NCBI GenBank assembly: GCA_964016885.1
Contig: OZ024744.1
Coordinates: 90,582,001 to 90,646,000, forward strand
Origin: Eledone cirrhosa
Taxonomy: Eukaryota
Length of the DNA: 64,000 bases
Direction: 5' to 3'
The position numbers and the translations under genes are program-made. Below, one piece after another: positions 49,983-63,255 of this stretch (position 1 is its first letter; every line of letters begins with the position of its first letter). The notes beneath the pieces are model-generated. The model made no database searches and was not told the DNA's origin. It saw only the letters and a list, made by a program, of their open reading frames with translations.

Positions 49983-52492
49983 CATAGTCATGGTTATCAA
50001 TGTAGAAAAGAAGTCATTTTCACCAACAGTGGAGTTACTTCTGACAGCTAATACCATGAACTATATTTTCATAGTCATGGTTATCAATGTAGAAAACAAG
50101 TCATTTTCACCAACAGTGGAGCTACTTCTGACAGCTAATACCATGAACTATATTTTCATAGTCATGGTTATCAATGTAGAAAACAAGTCATTTTCACCAA
50201 CAGTGGAGTTACTTCTGACAGCTAATACCATGAACTATATTTTCATAGTCATGGTTATCAATGTAGAAAACAAGTCATTTTCACCAACAGTGGAGTTACT
50301 TCTGACAGCTAATACCATGAACTATATTTTCATAGTCATGGTTATCAATGTAGAAAACAAGTCATTTTCACCAACAGTGGAGCTACTTCTGACAGCTAAT
50401 ACCATGAACTATATTTTCATAGTCATGGTTATCAATGTAGAAAACAAGTCATTTTCACCAACAGTGGAGTTACTTCTGACAGCTAATACCATGAACTATA
50501 TTTTCATAGTCATGGTTATCAATGTAGAAAACAAGTCATTTTCACCAACAGTGGAGTTACTTCTGACAGCTAATACCATGAACTATATTTTCATAGTCAT
50601 GGTTATCAATGTAGAAAACAAGTCATTTTCACCAACAGTGGAGCTACTTCTGACAGCTAATACCATGAACTATATTTTCATAGTCATGGTTATCAATGTA
50701 GAAAACAAGTCATTTTCACCAACAGTGGAGTTACTTCTGACAGCTAATACCATGAACTATATTTTCATAGTCATGGTTATCAATGTAGAAAACAAGTCAT
50801 TTTCACCAACAGTGGAGTTACTTCTGACAGCTAATACCATGAACTATATTTTCATAGTCATGGTTATCAATGTAGAAAACAAGTCATTTTCACCAACAGT
50901 GGAGCTACTTCTGACAGCTAATACCATGAACTATATTTTCATAGTCATGGTTATCAATGTAGAAAACAAGTCATTTTCACCAACAGTGGAGTTACTTCTG
51001 ACAGCTAATACCATGAACTATATTTTCATAGTCATGGTTATCAATGTAGAAAACAAGTCATTTTCACCAACAGTGGAGTTACTTCTGACAGCTAATACCA
51101 TGAACTATATTTTCATAGTCATGGTTATCAATGTAGAAAACAAGTCATTTTCACCAACAGTGGAGTTACTTCTGACAGCTAATACCATGAACTATATTTT
51201 CATAGTCATGGTTATCAATGTAGAAAACAAGTCATTTTCACCAACAGTGGAGTTACTTCTGACAGCTAATACCATGAACTATATTTTCATAGTCATGGTT
51301 ATCAATGTAGAAAACAAGTCATTTTCACCAACAGTGGAATTACTTCTGACAGCTAATACCATGAACTATATTTTCATAGTCATGGTTATCAATGTAGAAA
51401 ACAAGTCATTTTCACCAACAGTGGAGTTACTTCTGACAGTTAATACCATGAACTATATTTTCATAGTCATGGTTATCAATGTAGAAAACAAGTCATTTTC
51501 ACCAACAGTGGAATTACTTCTGACAGCTAATACCATGAACTATATTTTCATAGTCATGGTTATCAATGTAGAAAACAAGTCATTTTCACCAACAGTGGAG
51601 TTACTTCTGACAGCTAATACCATGAACTATATTTTCATAGTCATGGTTATCAATGTAGAAAACAAGTCATTTTCACCAACAGTGGAGTTACTTCTGACAG
51701 CTAATACCATGAACTATATTTTCATAGTCATGGTTATCAATGTAGAAAACAAGTCATTTTCACCAACAGTGGAATTACTTCTGACAGCTAATACCATGAA
51801 CTTAAATTAATTTTCACCAACAGTGGAGTTACTTCTGACAGCTAATACCATGAACTATATTTTCATAGTCATGGTTATCAATGTAGAAAACAAGTCATTT
51901 TCACCAACAGTGGAGTTACTTCTGACAGTTAATACCATGAACTATATTTTCATAGTCATGGTTATCAATGTAGAAAACAAGTCATTTTCACCAACAGTGG
52001 AGTTACTTCTGACAGCTAATACCATGAACTATATTTTCATAGTCATGGTTATCAATGTAGAAAACAAGTCATTTTCACCAACAGTGGAGTTACTTCTGAC
52101 AGCTAATACCATGAACTATATTTTCATAGTCATGGTTATCAATGTAGAAAACAAGTCATTTTCACCAACAGTGGAATTACTTCTGACAGCTAATACCATG
52201 AACTTAAATTAATTTTCACCAACAGTGGAGTTACTTCTGACAGCTAATACCATGAACTATATTTTCATAGTCATGGTTATCAATGTAGAAAACAAGTCAT
52301 TTTCACCAACAGTGGAGCTACTTCTGACAGCTAATACCATGAACTATATTTTCATAGTCATGGTTATCAATGTAGAAAACAAGTCATTTTCACCAACAGT
52401 GGAGCTACTTCTGACAGTTAATACCATGAACTATATTTTCATAGTCATGGTTATCAATGTAGAAAACAAGTCATTTTCACCAACAGTGGAGT
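49983..52492. repeat. 87-bp tandem array, ~29 copies, with higher-order structure
   Basis: Unit catagtcatggttatcaatgtagaaaacaagtcattttcaccaacagtggagttacttctgacagctaataccatgaactatatttt, with two truncated units near 51801 and 52203. Confidence 0.97.
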
Positions 52493-52535
52493 TAACTTAA
52501 ATGAAAATATAGGTGGCTCTTAAAAGGGCAAAATT
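52485..52535 (-). repeat. Right inverted repeat of the caspase module
   Basis: agtggagttaacttaaatgaaaatataggtggctcttaaaagggcaaaatt pairs with 47117-47166. Confidence 0.9.
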
Positions 52536-52959
52536 GTTAATGATCTTTCCATCGCTACCGCTACTACAGCAGATACCATAAATTTCCGTATTACCACGCC
52601 TTTTTTTAAATTTTTTATTATTAAAGCATATAGATGTAAGTGCAGTTACTTAAATGACATTTTTCAATTTTTTTAATTTTTTATTAAAGCATATCGATGT
52701 AAGTGACGTTATTAGCGAAAGCAGCCGATGACACCAAAACATCGTTTATTTCCGGACAAAATGAAAACACACACACATAGAACAAACAAACAACCAACCA
52801 GTAACATGTAAATAAACAAATATAAACACACACAGACACCCGGACAATATATGAACAATCATCTGCTTGTGGAACCAACCAACTAACCGGAAATTTATAA
52901 ATTTAATTGATAATAAATTGAAGTGAAAGCAACTGGTGCGTGTGTTTCTTATTGGCAAC

Positions 52960-53170
52960 ATGACCCACCCAAAGTATAACAATAACCCGCCATATGATCA
53001 GGAAGTATTAACTAACATCCCTAGGTCTTTATTTTCTATCTTGGAGAAAAATTTCCCTCCTACTAATAAATACCATGGTATTTTTAATAAAAATGTAATT
53101 AAACTATCATTCTCTACCACCCCTAATATTAGTTCTCATTTAGCTATATCTTTACTATCATTTCTATAAT
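52960..53170 (+). pseudogene. Penelope-like element fragment (region between RT and GIY-YIG)
   Basis: NPPY..EVLTNI...LEKNFP..NKYHGIFNKNVIKLSFSTTPNI resembles the conserved PLE motif NPPY..VKTNI..FP..KIFNRNTVKVSYS.MPN. Confidence 0.7.
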
Positions 53171-53348
53171 ATGAAGAGGGTGTTTAACTCCAACACACTC
53201 AAGTATTTTAATTCTTATATATATATATATATATAATTAATAAATTTGTATTCCAATGTTACTAAGTAGTTGCATTGGATGGAGTCAACCGACGTCGGAG
53301 ATTGCTCAACGTATAATAAAGTGTGTTTTAAAATCCGGAGAAAATATG

Positions 53349-54174
<826 letters not shown>

Positions 54175-54862
54175 GGCATACGTCAAGACGGCGGTCTCAA
54201 AACTGAAACTAATTTTTGACAGTTACGATTGTGAATTTGTTTGTTTTTTTACAACAGGTCTCAATAGTGAAAGTATAATGCAGACACACGCAATTGTATG
54301 GATTTCTTAATATATATATATATGTGTGGGTGTGTATATATATGTGTGTGTGTATGTATATATATATATATATATGTGTGTTTGTATATAAATGTGTTTG
54401 TGTCATCATCATCGTTTAACGTCTATCTTCCACGCAAGCATGGGTTTAGACGTATATATATGTTTGTGTGTATATATGTGTTTGTGTGTATATATATGTG
54501 TGTTTGTGTGTATATATATGTGTCTGTATATATATATATGTGTATGTATATATATATATTTATACACATACACATTTGTATGAATTTGTAGATGTATATA
54601 TATATGCATGTACACAATTGTATGTTTTTTTTAATAAATAATGACATTGTGTGTTGAAATAAATAAATATTGAAAATCCTTATTACACCCTATAAATAGC
54701 TGAAATACAGTTGATCATCTCGCCAAACTTGTTAACACCATATCACTATAGAGACCTGTTGTAAAAAAAAAAAACAAATTCACAATCCAAATTGAAAGTA
54801 ATCACTTACGTAACTGTCAAAAATTAGTTTCACTTTTGAGACCGCCCGTCTTGACGTATGCC
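54175..54862. mobile_element. Non-autonomous DNA transposon with ~95-bp imperfect TIRs (GGCATACGTCAAGACGG...)
   Basis: ggcatacgtcaagacggcggtctcaaaa...acaacaggtctc is mirrored at 54750-54862. Inserted in (TA)n. Confidence 0.85.
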
Positions 54863-54889
54863 ATATATATATATATATACATATATATA

Positions 54890-57560
54890 TATCATCATCA
54901 TCATCATCATCATCGTTTAACGTCCGTGTTCCACGCTTGCATGGGTTTGGACGGGGGTTTTCCCACTTGAGGCAAGAGTGATTGTCTTGCTCGCATAGGA
55001 CTGTCTGGCAGGTTTTCTACAGTTGGATGCCCTTCCTAACACCAACCACATTTACAGTGTGGGTCTGGGAGGTTTTTACCGTGTTGCCTACACGGCCACA
55101 TTACAGCGTGGACTGTGTGTTTTTTTGTCGTGACACCTACACGATCTCATTTGTTTCGGCCTGGATGGTGTGGCACCAACATAACTTTACATAGAGGGGG
55201 CGGTGTGGATGGGGTGGGGGTGGTGGGACGGGGGTGTATTTTGTTAGAGATGCCTACTGACTGTAGTAGGTTTTACTTTGTATTTAGGTAAGGCGGGTCT
55301 TCTCTATTACTGAGTACCGCCAAAGGTCTCGGTCCAGTGACATTGTCTTGGTGAGGTGTAACTGTGTGAGGTCGGATTTTATCAGCTCGTCCCAGGTTTT
55401 TCTGGGTCTGCCTATTCCGTGGCTACCGTCTATCTTTATTGCCCTGCACTTTGTTATACAGCTATCGTCCTTCATGCGCATCATGTGACCATACCAACGT
55501 AGCCTTCTCTCTAGTAAACAACATCTGATCCCTCTTATTTCTAATTTTTTCCTTAGTTCGTTTATGCTTTGCCGTTCACGTATATTACTATTACACATCC
55601 AGCGGAGCATGCAAGCTTCGTTTCTCTCTAGTCTGCGTATATCCTCTGCACACAATGCCCAGGTCTCACTGCCATGCAACATTGCTGTTCGTATGCAGGC
55701 ATCGTACAACCTGCCTTTCATTTTTAGGGAGAACCCTTTAGCGGCTAATAGTGGTATAAGCTCTCTGAACTTTTTCCACCCAGTTCTGACTCTAGCTACT
55801 GTACTTTCAGAGCACCCTCCCCCACTGCTGATTTTGTCACCCAGGTAACGGAAGCTGTCCACTATTTCTATAGAACCCTCTGCGCAGTTGAAAGAGCTAG
55901 TATTTTGTGGGCACTTGCTGCTACTTATTGCCCCAGAACACCGGCCACATGTAAAATCTATGTTCTTAGTTAGCTTACCTGTGATCCCACTACATCTTTT
56001 ATGAACCCAAACTTTGCATTATATAGATATATAGATATATGTATATATATCATCATCATTTTACGTCTGCTTTTCCCTGCTTGCAAGGGTGGGACAGATC
56101 TTATTCAGCACAGCATCTCTCCACTTGTCACGGTCCTTCGTCATCTCCACCGTGAGCTTCAGCGATCTGAGGTCTGTTCTCACCACCTCCGCCCATGTTT
56201 TTCGTGGTCTACCTCTACTACATCTTCCTGGCATTTCCTGGCACTTCTTCACTCCTCCTTCATCCTCCATGCGCATCACATGTCCATACCACCTCAGTCT
56301 CCTCTACATTCTATCCCTCTCAGACAGTTTCTCTCTCAACACATTCATGCTGGGTCGTTCACACACATTAACATTGCCCATCCAACGGAGCATGCTTGCC
56401 TCATTTCTCTCCAGCTGTTGCATATCCTCTGCAGTTGCTGCCCATGTCTCACTACCATGCAGCATTGCGCTCCTCACACAGGCATCATATAACCGGCCTT
56501 GCGTATGCAGAGAGAAACCCTTCTTCGTCAGCAGAAGAAGCAGCTCCCTAAACTTCTTCCAACCCGTCCTTATTCTAGATACTATGGCCTCGGAACACCC
56601 CCTCCCATGCTAATCTGATCTCCTAGGTACCGGAGCTATCCATCACTTCTATAGAACCCACCAGCATTTGAAAAATGTGTCTATTAATGCGACTTCTACT
56701 GTCTAATTTCCCTGTACATCTACTGCATACGTATTTCTCCCTACCTGTTAGTTTGCCTGCTATCCTGCTACACCTCTTGTGTACCCAGGATCTGCATTGT
56801 GTGCATTTTATAGAATTTATGCCAGTTCCTTTTCTGAGTATCGAACATGGCCATTTCTCTGACGGAATCAGAGTTTTGTCCTCTTTTCTACTATTTTGTC
56901 TTAGCTAGGTTCACTCTCAGTCCTCTTGCTTCCAGCTGCTGTTTCCATAGCCAGAATTTATTCTCTAGCTCCTCTACTGATTCTGCTATAAGAACCAGAT
57001 TGTCAGCATAGAGAAGTTCCCATGGACAGCCAGTCTTAAACTCCTCTGTTATGGCTTGTAGGACTATAATGAACAAGAGTGGGCTGAGGACCGAACCTTG
57101 ATATACTCCTACTTGTACCTGGAATTCCTCACTAAACTCCATTCCTACTCTGACTTTACTGACAGTACCTCTGTACAAAGTTTGCACTGTCTTCACAAGC
57201 CATTCCTGCATACCTAGTTTCCTTAGGGACCACCAGATGACAGATCGGGGTACCCTATCAAAGGCCTTCTCTAGGTCAACAACAGCTAAGTATAGTGGCT
57301 TATTTTTCTCTAAGAACCTCTCTTGTAATTGTCTCACCAAGAAGAGGGCATCTGTTGTACTCTTCCCAGGCACAAAACCAAACTGCATCTCATCTAGTTT
57401 GACCTTTTCTCTAATTAGTTGTGCTAATATCCTTTTTGCCACTTTAATAACCTGATCCATCAGTTTTATACCCCTAAAATTGCTCCTCTCCAGAGCATCT
57501 CCTTTACCTTTGTAGCAATTTATGAGAATACTGCTGCACCAGTCTTTGGGTATGACACTC
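54890..57560 (-). mobile_element. Two RTE LINE 3' portions (54890-56010, 56050-57560)
   Basis: ORFs 55284-55862 and 56891-57586 with RT and C-terminal motifs, (TGA)n tails. Confidence 0.9.
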
Positions 57561-57761
57561 ATTAGGCTGGTGGCACATGAAGACATTCGCTACGTTTCAT
57601 ACAAGATGAGGAAAGGACAATTTCTGTCAAAGGTGATGCAAGAAAAGCGACTGAAGCACGCAAAGAAGCTGATCAACAAGTTGAAACACCCACTGGAGCC
57701 AGACATGCTGTGGTTTTTTTCCTAGACAGTAATCTTGCGAACAAATATCGTCCGCACCCTG
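57555..57761 (+). mobile_element. Tc1/mariner-superfamily transposase fragment and right TIR
   Basis: EDIRYVSYKMRKGQFLS...KRL...LWFFS immediately before the expected first catalytic D. End gcaccctg|TA is the reverse complement of TA-CAGGGTG. Confidence 0.75.
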
Positions 57762-57880
57762 TATATATATATATATATATATATATCAAAGGTATATATA
57801 TTGAGTTAGTAACTCAAAATAGTCTCTTACAATAAAATAGCTCTAAGAAGGAGATATTTCCGAGCCGTATATTATAATTG

Positions 57881-58202
57881 AATATAAAAGAAGAACGAAC
57901 AGACATATATATGTGTTCAAATCGCAAGGGACCAGATTCGCTAAGGTGAAAAGAATACTAACTATAGACAATTGGGTTTGCCAGACTCAATTTAAGAATA
58001 AATCAAGAAAATAAAATACAAACCGGAATTGTGGTAACTACCAATCACCCAGACAGCTCTTGGTGCTGTTTTGCAAAATTAATTGTGAATAGAATTACCA
58101 ATTTATGCTCATAGTTAGTATTCGTTTCACCTTAGTGAATCTGGTCCCTTGCGATTTGAACGCATGTATGTATATGTCTGTGTTCGTTTTTCTTTTATAT
58201 TC
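57881..58202. repeat. ~88-bp imperfect inverted repeat pair (57881-57967 / 58110-58202)
   Basis: ttcaaatcgcaagggaccagattc.ctaaggtgaaa..aatactaactat is mirrored. Confidence 0.8.
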
Positions 58203-58630
58203 ATTTATAATATGTATATATATATATATATGTGTATATGTATGTATATATGTATATGTATGTAAACAAATGAGGTCGTGTAGGTGTCACGACAAAAAAA
58301 CACACAGTCCACGCTGTAATGTGGCCGTGTAGGTAACACGGTGAAAACCTCCCAGTCCACACTGTAAACGTGGTTGGTGTTAGGAAGGGCATCCAGCCGT
58401 AGAAAACCCGCCATACAGTCCTATGCGAGCAAGACAACCACTCTTGCCTCAAGTGGGAAAACTCCCGTCCAAACCCATGCAAGCGTGGAAGATGGACGTT
58501 AAACGATGACGATGATGATGATGATGATATATATATATATATATATCGTTTCTAAATTTGTTTAGCAAGATTCTTTATCTGAAAACATGTGTTGAAACCG
58601 ATATTGTTATACTTTGGGTCATACATACAT

Positions 58631-58661
<31 letters not shown>

Positions 58662-58774
58662 CCGTTTTACGTCTGTTCTTCCACGCTAGCATGGGTTAGA
58701 CGGGTTGTCCTGTTGTGGGCAGTGTCTGGTCGGCTGACCATGCCTTGCTCATACAGGAACTGTATATATATATG

Positions 58775-61200
58775 TATCATCATCATTTTACGTCTGCTTT
58801 TCCCTGCTTGCAAGGGTGAGACGGGTCTTATTCAGCACAGCATCGCTTCAGCGATCTGAGGTCTGTTCTCACGTCTTCCTTCAACTGGCATTTCCTGGCA
58901 CTTCTTCACCCATCGGTCATCCTCCATGCGCATCACATGTCCATACCACTGCAGTCTCCTCTCTCGCACACTACATTCTATCCCTCTCAGACACAGTTTC
59001 TCGCTCACACATCCATGCTGGGTCGTTCACACACATTGACATTGCACATCCAACGGAGCATGCTTGCCTCATTTCTCTCCAGCCGTCGCATATCCTCTGC
59101 AGTTGCTGCCCAAGTCTCACTACCATGCAGAATCGCACTCCTCACACAAGCATCATATAACCGGCCTGTCGTATGCAGGGAGAAACCCTTCTTCGTCAAC
59201 AGAGGAAGCAGCTCCCTAAACTTCTTCCAAACTGCATCTCATCTAGTTTGATCCTTTCTCTAATTAGTTGTGTTAATATCCTTTCTGCCACTTTCATAAC
59301 CCGATCCATCAGTTTTATACCCCTATAATTGTTCCTCTCCAGAGCATCCCCTTTACCTTTTGTAGCAATTTATGAGAATACTGCTGCACCAGTCTTTGGG
59401 TATGACACCGCCATATATAGCCTGATTGATGATGCGTGCAACCAGTTTAGTGCCTACGTCCCCTGATGCCTTCAGCATCTCTGCAACTATCCCCAATGGT
59501 CCAGCAGCCTTACCATTTTTCATTTCATTAATCGCCTCTTGGACCCTATATTCGTCAATCTCAATAGCTGGTCCCTCTGTCGGATCTACTGAGGGTAATT
59601 TCTCTCTCCCATTCGTTCTCCACATTCATCAGTCTCTCATAATGACATTTCCAGGCCTCCTTTTTCTAATAATTTGTGACACTAAGTACACCGGCATCAT
59701 TCCGGACACATTTATCTCCAACAACATCCTGATTTGCATTGACACACTGCCTTGCAATGTGGAACACCGCACGCTTCTGATCTTCCCGTCGCAGAACATT
59801 GGCAAACCTACTACTCTCAGCCTCCCTGTGTGCTAAGTACACCTGATGTCTAGCTTCTCTCTTAGTGGCTGTATATTCTTCTCTACTCCCACCCTTTTTC
59901 CAAGCCTTCCATGCTAGTCTTTTGTCTCTAATGGCCCTATCTACTGTGCTGTTCCACCACCAGGTCACTCTCTGTCTGGTTGGAGCTCTGCTCCAGCCAC
60001 AAGTTTCATCAGTAGCCTGCAGTAAGTTGTCACGTAAGAAATTCCAGTTATTATCTATGTCATACGACTTTAAATCGTCTTCTTTTTCGTCATACACATC
60101 TTGAAGGGCTTTCCTAAATTTGTATTTTAGTGAAATGTCTTTTAGCTTCCAGACCTTTCTTCTCCACACCTTCCTGTATGTCTCATTCCATCTCTTGCTT
60201 ACTGAGATATCACTAACGACTAACCTATGCTGTGGAGTACATTCTTCCCCAGTGTATGCCTTGGTATTTGACACCATCTGCCTGTCCCACTGCCTAACTA
60301 GTAAGAAGTCAATTTAGCTTATGTGCTCCCCTGATTTGTAGGTTATTAGGTGGTTGGCAGGTTTCTGGAAGCTAGTGTTACAAATGGTCAGTGTACTTGC
60401 ATCACAAAATTCAAGAATGCTCACTCCTTCTTCATTTCTTGAGCCGTAACCATTCCCACCATGTACCCCAGTGTAACCATCCTGGAGCTGTCCAACATGA
60501 CCATTGAAGTCCCCTGCTAGCATAACGATGTCTCCGTCCTCTGTCATTGCGGCTGTTTGTAAAAGTTGTTCGTAAAAGCAGTCTTTCTCTTCTTTACCTA
60601 GGCCTGCTTGGGGAGTATAGGCAGAGATGATTGTCAGTAGTCTCCTGCCTACAACAAATCTAAACTTAATTATTCGATTATTAACTCGAACTACCTCTAT
60701 TGTTTTATTGATCCATCTCTCAGCCAGCAAAATGCAAGGGCCTACTACCCCTAACTCATCATCCTTACCTACCCAGAAAAGCTTATAACTATGATATTTG
60801 CCTGCGATTAGTCTCGCAGAGGCACCTCTCCATCTCACCTCTTGCAGGCAGCACACATCCACATGACTTCTCTCCAGTATCTCTGCTATTTCACCAGATC
60901 TACCTCTGAGAGTGCCAACATTAAGTGTTGCAACTCTAAGATGCGACGTCTTCATATTTATGTTGTTCCTTTTCCTGTAGTGTGATTGCTTGAAGACGGT
61001 CGGGGGGTTCTTGCACATGGCCGCACCAGCCACCCTACTACCGTGCGCAGCCCTAACATGGTTAGTGCTATTGCTGTTTACGCAGTTATTGCGATATATA
61101 TTTGTTGCTGTGCTCATAATTGTTTTGGCATTGATACATTGGTTGGATGCCCTAACACCAGTGCCACTTTACAGCATGGACTGGGTGCTTTTATTTGTGC
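58775..61200 (-). mobile_element. RTE LINE with 5' region and APE endonuclease (60314-61117), internally deleted RT
   Basis: ATLNVGTL, LQEVRW, SAYTPQ, AGDFNGHVG, QHRLV. RT jumps from the QF motif to the C-terminus. Confidence 0.9.
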
Positions 61201-61374
61201 CTCCAGCACTAGAGAGGATGTCTTACTGGACTCATGGGCTCTCTCTACCCCTCCATTTTACAGTATGGTCATAACAAAAAAAAAAACACTTACTGACACT
61301 CACGGCACACACACTCACTCACACACCAACACTCATGCATACAAACGCAAACGCCACTCACACACCAACACTCA

Positions 61375-61430
<56 letters not shown>

Positions 61431-61729
61431 TTAAAACAATGAAATGACTTGATTTTTTATTTCATTGTTTTAACTTATATCATGACTGTTTTCCTTTTAA
61501 TGTTTTATTGTTTTCTGAGATTTATCTTAACCTACATTTTCAACATATGGATTACATCGAGTTCTTCATACAGAATAGACTCCACAACTTACAGTGGATA
61601 CCTCTGTGTATATATATATATATATTACACCTTATCGAGTGCTTGGCTGTACTTCTGATTGCATTCGTCGGCTTAGCTGCGGTTCGAGCTTCAAATATGC
61701 TGTACTTCCATTTATATATATATATCATC

Positions 61730-62010
61730 ATCATCATCATCATCATCATCATTTTACGTCCGCTTTTCCCTGCTTGCAAGGGTGGGACGGGAACTGATTC
61801 TGGCTTGATTTCTACAGCTGGATGCCCTTCCTAACACCAACCTCATTTATAGTGAGTGCTGGTTGCTTTTTGCCGTGGCACCTACACTGAGTAAACTGGA
61901 GCAATGTGAAATAAAGTGTCTTGCTCAAGGAAACAACACATCACCCGATCTGAGAATTGAACTCGCAACCTTTCAATTGCAAGCCCAATGCTCTAACCAC
62001 TAAGCCATGT
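61730..62010 (-). mobile_element. CORE-like tRNA SINE with RTE tail
   Basis: Reverse complement of the 1082-1421 family. Another partial copy at 62670-62930 (+). Confidence 0.85.
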
Positions 62011-62023
62011 ATATATATATATG

Positions 62024-62055
<32 letters not shown>

Positions 62056-62062
62056 TATAATG

Positions 62063-62586
62063 AAAAATGAAACAAAATGTCATTTCCCACTCTTAGTACG
62101 GCTGTTACTTAAATATAAGTATGTACACGTACATACATATATGTATACAGACGTACAGTAGTATGTATATATATATACATACATGCACACATATATATAT
62201 GTACGTATGGATTCACCGAACATTTATTATAATGCTCGGTGTGTTTTTAAACAAACATCCTGTATTAAGCCGTAGTGTCTAGCAACCATCGTTGCTCGTT
62301 TGTTCAACACTGACAAAGGAATGCTGTACTAGTTTCAAGCTTATTAGCTATCGTCAGCAACGTATACCTTCCTGCCAGATTGTTGAACGTATATACTTAC
62401 CTTATGCATATTAATGGCTGAGTAGCCCAATTTGCATATCGAGTGGATTAATCGGCCGGGTGCACCGAAAACGATAAACGGAAAAAAATGAAACAAAATT
62501 TCATTTCCCACTCTTAGTACGGCTGTTACGTAAATATAAGTATGTACACGTGCATACATATATGTATACAGACGTACAGCAGTATG

Positions 62587-62590
<4 letters not shown>
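62063..62590. repeat. ~105-bp direct repeat pair (62063-62170 / 62483-62590)
   Basis: aaaaatgaaacaaaat.tcatttcccactcttagtacggctgttac...gacgtacag occurs twice. Confidence 0.85.
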
Positions 62591-62621
<31 letters not shown>

Positions 62622-62628
62622 GTATATA

Positions 62629-62673
<45 letters not shown>

Positions 62674-63025
62674 TGTTTCCTTGAGCAAGACACTTTATTT
62701 CACATTGCTCCAGTTTACTCAGCTGTAGAAATGAGATGATAGGGACTGGGGTCCCTATCATTCCACTGCAAAGTGGTCGTGGAGGAGCCACGGCAAAAAA
62801 GCACCCAGCACTCACTGTAAATGAGGTTGGTGTTAGGAAGGGCATCCAGCTGTAGAAATCAAGCCAGAATCAGTTCCCGTCCCACCCTTGCAAGCAGGGA
62901 AAAAGCGGACGTAAAATGAAATGATGATGATATATACATATATATATAACGAAGGAAATGTGGTAGGGAACCAGATGGACCACAACGCACCAAACTACTC
63001 AATACTTAGGGTAGTAGAGTGGGTA

Positions 63026-63164
63026 ATAGGAACGAGTAGGACCCCGACGGCCGAGTTCAGGCCGTTTCGACAGCTAATTCTGGACTAAAAAAAAAAAAAA
63101 ATTAGTCCCGAATTAGCCGTCGAAACGGCCTGAGCTCAGCCGTCGGGGTCCTACTCATTCCTAT
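63026..63164. repeat. GC-rich hairpin: ~62-bp arms around an A-run loop
   Basis: taggaacgagtaggaccccgacggccgagttcaggccgtttcgacagctaattctggacta, A-run, then near-exact reverse complement. Confidence 0.9.
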
Positions 63165-63255
63165 ATATATATATATATGTAAATATATACGTATATATAC
63201 ATATATGTATATATATATATACATATATATACGTATATATATATGTATATATATA

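Noticed and set aside
48305-52492. CRISPR-like array interpretation of the 73-bp and 87-bp repeats
   Set aside because: Units are contiguous and near-identical with no unique spacers, there are no cas genes, and the context is eukaryotic.
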